Origin: Bdellovibrionales bacterium
GTDB lineage: Bacteria > Bdellovibrionota > Bdellovibrionia > Bdellovibrionales > CAYMLA01
NCBI GenBank assembly: GCA_965217115.1
Contig: OZ244239.1
Coordinates: 1,408,001 to 1,472,000, forward strand
Direction of reading: 5' to 3'
DNA: 64,000 nt
Shown here: positions 59,578-64,000 of the stretch, piece after piece
Numbering within the stretch: position 1 is the stretch's first letter
Layout: each line of letters starts with the position of its first letter
Position numbers and translations under genes: made by a program
The notes under the pieces: model-generated
The model's database searches: none
What the model was told of the DNA's origin: nothing
Seen by the model: only the letters and a program-made list of their open reading frames with translations

Positions 59578-60969
59578 ATGAAACGAACAAAATTAGGTAA
59601 GTTATTTGAAGGGGCTTCTATCGGGCAAGAGGTTCTTATTAAAGGGTGGATTCGTTCTGTTCGTAAATCAAAAACATTTTCATTTCTTATGGTTTATGAT
59701 GGAACTTGCCAAGATATACTACAGATAGTGATTGATGAAGATATACCTAACTATGAGGAAATATCTTCGATGCGAGCTGGTTTTTGTATTTCAGCAAGAG
59801 GGGTGATTAAAAAATCAGAAGGAAAAGATCAATTAATTGAGATGAAAGGAGCATCTATTGAGATACTTGGGGATTCTCCAGAAGATTACCCTTTGCAGAA
59901 GAAAAAAACCTCGTTGGAATTCTTGAGGGAAATTGCTCATTTAAGGCCGAGAACAAACACTTACGGAGCGATTTTTCGAGTTCGTCATGCCTTGTCTTTT
60001 GCGACCCATCAGTTTTTCAATGACAGAGGTTTTTTCTATCTAAATTCTCCTATAATAACAGGATCGGATTGTGAAGGAGCAGGAGAGATGTTCCAGGTGA
60101 CAACTCTGAATCTTGAAAACACTCCTCGTGATAGTAAAGGGCAGGTAAAATTTAAAAAAGATTATTTTTCAAAGGCAACTTATTTAACTGTCTCAGGACA
60201 ATTAAATGCGGAGGCTTTTGCTATGGCGATGGACTCGGTTTATACATTTGGACCGACATTTCGTGCTGAGAATTCTAATACATCAAGGCACTTGTCAGAG
60301 TTTTGGATGGTAGAGCCAGAGGTCGCATTTGCTGATTTGGACGATATAATAGACTTAGCCACAGATTACCTAAAATACCTTATCACTTATGTGATGGAGA
60401 AGTGTCATTCGGAACTGCTATTTTTACAAAAAATGTATAGCCCTAACCTCTTGAAAACTTTAAAACATGTGAAAGAAACTGATTTTAAGAAGATTAGCTA
60501 CACAGAGGCAATTGATATTCTAGTTAATGTTGTTGGTGATGAAAAATTTGAATATGAACCTCAATGGGGGAAAGACCTTCAGACAGAGCATGAGAGATAT
60601 TTGACGGAAAAGCATTTTAAATGCCCTGTTATTGTGACAGATTATCCTAAGGATATAAAAGCTTTTTATATGAAACAAAATGATGACGGAAAAACGGTCA
60701 AAGCAATGGATATCTTGGTTCCAGGAATTGGTGAAATTATAGGTGGCTCACAAAGAGAGGAGAATCTAGTTCGACTAGAGAAACGCATTGAAGAAATGGA
60801 AATGGATTTTAAAGACTATCAGTGGTACTTGGATTTACGAAAATATGGAACAGCAACGCATTCAGGTTTTGGTTTAGGCTTTGAGCGGGCGGTGATGTAC
60901 ATTACTGGTATGAGTAATATTCGTGATGTCGTTCCTTTTCCACGTACTCCTAAGAATGCTGACTTTTAA
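59578..60969 (+). CDS. asnS: Asparagine--tRNA ligase
   Basis: HLRPRTN, DCEGAGE, LTVSGQL, FGPTFRAENSNTSRHL, GFGLGFER. Confidence 0.97.
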   Translation: MKRTKLGKLFEGASIGQEVLIKGWIRSVRKSKTFSFLMVYDGTCQDILQIVIDEDIPNYEEISSMRAGFCISARGVIKKSEGKDQLIEMKGASIEILGDSPEDYPLQKKKTSLEFLREIAHLRPRTNTYGAIFRVRHALSFATHQFFNDRGFFYLNSPIITGSDCEGAGEMFQVTTLNLENTPRDSKGQVKFKKDYFSKATYLTVSGQLNAEAFAMAMDSVYTFGPTFRAENSNTSRHLSEFWMVEPEVAFADLDDIIDLATDYLKYLITYVMEKCHSELLFLQKMYSPNLLKTLKHVKETDFKKISYTEAIDILVNVVGDEKFEYEPQWGKDLQTEHERYLTEKHFKCPVIVTDYPKDIKAFYMKQNDDGKTVKAMDILVPGIGEIIGGSQREENLVRLEKRIEEMEMDFKDYQWYLDLRKYGTATHSGFGLGFERAVMYITGMSNIRDVVPFPRTPKNADF

Positions 60970-61013
60970 ATAAGAAATTGTACAAAATTGAATTGATTTT
61001 TAGAGAGAGGCCC

Positions 61014-61036
61014 GATATACCCGTAGGGGGTATATC
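61014..61036. promoter_or_regulatory. CsoR operator overlapping the -10 of the copA promoter
   Basis: GATATACCC-GTAGG-GGGTATATC inverted repeat with C/G tracts; TTGATT-N17-TATACC. Confidence 0.8.
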
Positions 61037-61051
61037 TCCAGGGGAGTTCTG

Positions 61052-63241
61052 TTGAATGAAATTCGTTTAAAAATATCAGGTATGAGTTGCGCAGGTTGTT
61101 CCGCAAAGATTGAAAAAGAAATCAGCAAAATAGAAGGTGTTCTTTCAGCAGGGGTGAATATTACAACTCAAATAGGAGTATTTACTTTTGAAAAAGAGGA
61201 TATTCATCTTGCTGTTGAGCGAAAGATCTTTGAAATGGGCTTCTCACTAATCAAAGAAGCATCGACGATCAATGAAAGTGAAGTTCAACCAGATTATTTG
61301 AATAAATTCTGTGTTTCAATTATTTTATCAGCAGGTATATTTTGTTTAGCTATGTGGCCTCTAGTCCAATGGCCTACTGTAAGAATAAATTATTTGTTAC
61401 AAATGATTTTAGCAACTCCAATATGGGTATGGGTTGGTTGGGTTTTTCAGAAAAGTGTTTGGACGTTTCTCAGGACGGGTCATTCAAATATGAATACTCT
61501 TGTTGGATTAGGGACGAGTGCAGCATACTTATACAGTGTGTTTATTATTTTGTTTAATGATACTTCAACACAATTAGATTTAGCGCAAAATATTTATTTT
61601 GAAGCCATGGGCTTCATTATTTCTTTTGTTTATTTAGGGAAGTATCTTGAGCATAGAGCGGAAACTAAAACAAAAAAAGATCTAAATTTCTTACTAAAAG
61701 CATCAGTCAAAAAAGCCAATCTCCTGAGAGACGGTAAATGGTTGGAAGTCGATATTGAGAAAGTTAAAGTCAATGATTTAATTCGGGTAAAGGCAGGAGA
61801 GAAGTTTCCAGTGGATGGGGAGATAATAAAAGGTGATTCATTTATTGATGAGTCAATGATTTCAGGAGAATCATTGCCAGTGAGAAAGAGTAAAGGACAG
61901 CGTATTTTTTCAGGTACTTTGAATGGAGATGGAATTATTGAGTACAGGACAACTCGAGTAGGTAAGGATACTTTTTTAGGACAAATTATTGATTTTATAG
62001 AAAAAGCGCAAAATTCTAAACCTCAGATACAGAGATTTGCAGATAAAGTCAGTGGTGTGTTTACTCCTATTATTTTATTAATAGCGTTAATGACTTTTTT
62101 ATTGTGGTTTTTTCTTGGTCCAGAACCAATTTGGGAAAATAGTATCTCTCGTTTAATTGCAGTATTGGTGATTGCTTGTCCCTGTGCTTTAGGTTTAGCA
62201 ACGCCCACAGCAGTGATGGTGGCAACAGGGAGAGCTTCTCGTAAGGGTATTTTGATTGGGGGGGGAGATGTTATTGAAAAAGCTACTAAAATTGACACAG
62301 TAGTTTTTGATAAGACGGGAACTTTAACAGAGGGGAACCCCAAAGTTTTGGAATTTGTAAATAAATCTGAAAATGGGAAAGAAGAGTTACTACGGGATTT
62401 GTTTTTTATTCAAACTCTTTCAGATCACCCGTTGTCCAAAGCAATGGTGACGTTTATTCAAAGCTTGTTAGAGAAAGAGTTACAACATGAAACAGAGGTG
62501 AATTCATTTGAGCAAGTTAGAGGAAAAGGGGTGAGGGCTGAAGTTTCAGGAAAAAAATATTTGATAGGAAGTAAATTATTTTTGAATGAAGAAGGTGTTT
62601 TTTTAGATGAGAGCATTCATTCAAATGAAATAGGCAGTTACGCTTTTATTGCCGTGGACAGAAAAATGATAGCTTTGTTTGTCATAGGAGATCAAATAAG
62701 ACAAGAGGCCCAGGGTATCGTACAGAAGCTTCAGGGAGAAGGGCTAGGAGTTTGGATGCTCACAGGAGACAACGAAAAGGTAGCGTCTTATGTAGCAAAT
62801 AAAGTTGGAATACAAGATTTCGTATCAGATACCTTGCCTTTAGACAAAGCACGATTTATTAAAAAAATGCAAAATCAAGGTTTGAATGTGGCAATGATAG
62901 GTGATGGAGTTAATGATGGGCCAGGATTAGCGCAAGCTAATTTATCCATTGCTATGGGAACGGGATCGGACATTGCAATTAATAGCTCTGATGTGACTTT
63001 GGTTCAAGGAGGGGTTGTTAATTTATGGAGTTTTATTCATCTGGTAAATCAAACGATGAAAATAATTAAGCAAAATTTATTTTTTTCATTAATCTATAAC
63101 GTATTATTGATTCCTATTGCAGGTGGTATTCTTATTTTAATGAGTGGTCCTTTAATGCCACCTGTTCTAGCAAGTGTGGCAATGGCTTTGAGCAGCATCT
63201 CTGTTGTTAGTAACAGTTTAAGAATTAGGAAAGTGATTTAA
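61052..63241 (+). CDS. copA: Copper-translocating P1B-type ATPase
   Basis: GMSCAGC, CPC, DKTGT, HP, GDGVND, YN and MALSS. Confidence 0.95.
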   Translation: MNEIRLKISGMSCAGCSAKIEKEISKIEGVLSAGVNITTQIGVFTFEKEDIHLAVERKIFEMGFSLIKEASTINESEVQPDYLNKFCVSIILSAGIFCLAMWPLVQWPTVRINYLLQMILATPIWVWVGWVFQKSVWTFLRTGHSNMNTLVGLGTSAAYLYSVFIILFNDTSTQLDLAQNIYFEAMGFIISFVYLGKYLEHRAETKTKKDLNFLLKASVKKANLLRDGKWLEVDIEKVKVNDLIRVKAGEKFPVDGEIIKGDSFIDESMISGESLPVRKSKGQRIFSGTLNGDGIIEYRTTRVGKDTFLGQIIDFIEKAQNSKPQIQRFADKVSGVFTPIILLIALMTFLLWFFLGPEPIWENSISRLIAVLVIACPCALGLATPTAVMVATGRASRKGILIGGGDVIEKATKIDTVVFDKTGTLTEGNPKVLEFVNKSENGKEELLRDLFFIQTLSDHPLSKAMVTFIQSLLEKELQHETEVNSFEQVRGKGVRAEVSGKKYLIGSKLFLNEEGVFLDESIHSNEIGSYAFIAVDRKMIALFVIGDQIRQEAQGIVQKLQGEGLGVWMLTGDNEKVASYVANKVGIQDFVSDTLPLDKARFIKKMQNQGLNVAMIGDGVNDGPGLAQANLSIAMGTGSDIAINSSDVTLVQGGVVNLWSFIHLVNQTMKIIKQNLFFSLIYNVLLIPIAGGILILMSGPLMPPVLASVAMALSSISVVSNSLRIRKVI

Positions 63242-63243
63242 GT

Positions 63244-63522
63244 ATGAAAGGAATGAGCCATAAAAAAACACTTCATAGGGTGAACAGAATAGAAGGGCAA
63301 GTGCGTGGTATAGCGACGATGATCGAATCCGAAAAATACTGTATTGAAATACTGACTCAAACGAAAGCCATCCGTAGTGCATTGAAATCCGTTGAACTAG
63401 AGATATTAGAGTCTCATATTAAAGGCTGTGTGAAAGAGGCGATTTTATCAGAATCTAATAAGAACAGTGAAAGCAAGATAGATGAAATGATGTTGTTATT
63501 AAAAAAGATGAATAAATCTTGA
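63244..63522 (+). CDS. csoR: CsoR/RcnR family metal-sensing repressor
   Basis: RIEGQVRGI...YCIEIL...HIKGCV (Cys-His-Cys ligands). Confidence 0.92.
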   Translation: MKGMSHKKTLHRVNRIEGQVRGIATMIESEKYCIEILTQTKAIRSALKSVELEILESHIKGCVKEAILSESNKNSESKIDEMMLLLKKMNKS

Positions 63523-63578
63523 ATGTTTATTATTGAGTAAATGGAGAGCCGCAAAATTTAATTATAAAATTAGCTGAA

Positions 63579-64000
63579 TTACTCAATTTCTTTAAAAGAG
63601 ATGTTTTTCTTAACGGCTGTTTTTCCATTAAGGTATTCAAGGGATAAGCTCACAAGCTTCCTCTTCCAATCAATGCTTATAAAGCCAAAATTATTTTTAA
63701 AGATAAGAGATGGATGAACGAGCTGCGGGTCGGTTTCACTATTATAAAAAGTTCTTCTATTAAGAGAGCTACTGGTGATTTCATAAACAGGATATTTTTT
63801 TTGTTTGATCTTATAGATGCCCCCAAGGTGTCTGTCTCCACTGAGAAAAATAACGTGTTTGGCTTTTGTTTTTTTAATAAGATGGAGTAGCCTTTCTTTT
63901 TCTTTTGGTAGATTTCCCCATTTTTCCCAACCATGTGTTTTAGCAGCAACTTGAATAGTGGAAACGATAATACGAAGATCAGCAGATTTTTTAAGCTCTT
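63579..64000 (-). CDS. phoD: PhoD-family alkaline phosphatase, 3' part only (truncated by the window edge)
   Basis: Not in the ORF track; reads HGWEKWGNLP...FLSGDRHLGGIY...YEITSSSLN...NFGFISIDW. Confidence 0.8.
   Translation of the reverse strand, partial: ELKKSADLRIIVSTIQVAAKTHGWEKWGNLPKEKERLLHLIKKTKAKHVIFLSGDRHLGGIYKIKQKKYPVYEITSSSLNRRTFYNSETDPQLVHPSLIFKNNFGFISIDWKRKLVSLSLEYLNGKTAVKKNISFKEIE

Noticed and set aside
63677..63949. 90-aa ORF and a possible phoD frameshift
   Set aside because: This is an alternative frame; the PhoD frame is continuous through the G5 run.

Overview
AT-rich bacterial chromosomal segment, most likely from a Bdellovibrionales-like predator (Bdellovibrionota). Evidence: mglA with a PSLGGKT P-loop directly after recR and no mglB, a TIGR02147-family gene, a short tmRNA tag GDNFAMAA, and many Cys-rich secreted proteins. 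The core genes are clpP-clpX-lon, pepA, nadK, an M3 peptidase, two tandem porin-like genes, apt, pdxH, aroB-aroA-aroK/D/E fusion-aroC, ffs-dnaX-ybaB-recR-mglA-nadA, srkA, ssrA, an ABC-F ATPase, a DEAD-box helicase, asnS, copA-csoR and a partial phoD. Two accessory regions lie 3' of tRNA-Val (1-3.0 kb) and 3' of ssrA (37.2-47.8 kb). The main unexplained signal is in these regions: unrelated small genes are bracketed by a conserved ~50-bp hairpin motif just after the stop codon (4 copies) and an ATCGAATAAATAAACCATT-type motif upstream (3 clear and 2-3 degenerate copies). Longer direct repeats (77, 169 and 196 bp) and serine recombinase remnants accompany them. This suggests a gene-cassette system distinct from classical integrons, but no intact recombinase is present in the window. 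Other points of note: a shikimate operon collinear with fungal AROM, an apparent ATA start for nadA, a Crp/TauE deletion scar, a DnaA-box cluster upstream of ssrA, and an apparent GC-skew switch near 11.4 kb. All calls were made by eye, without database searches.
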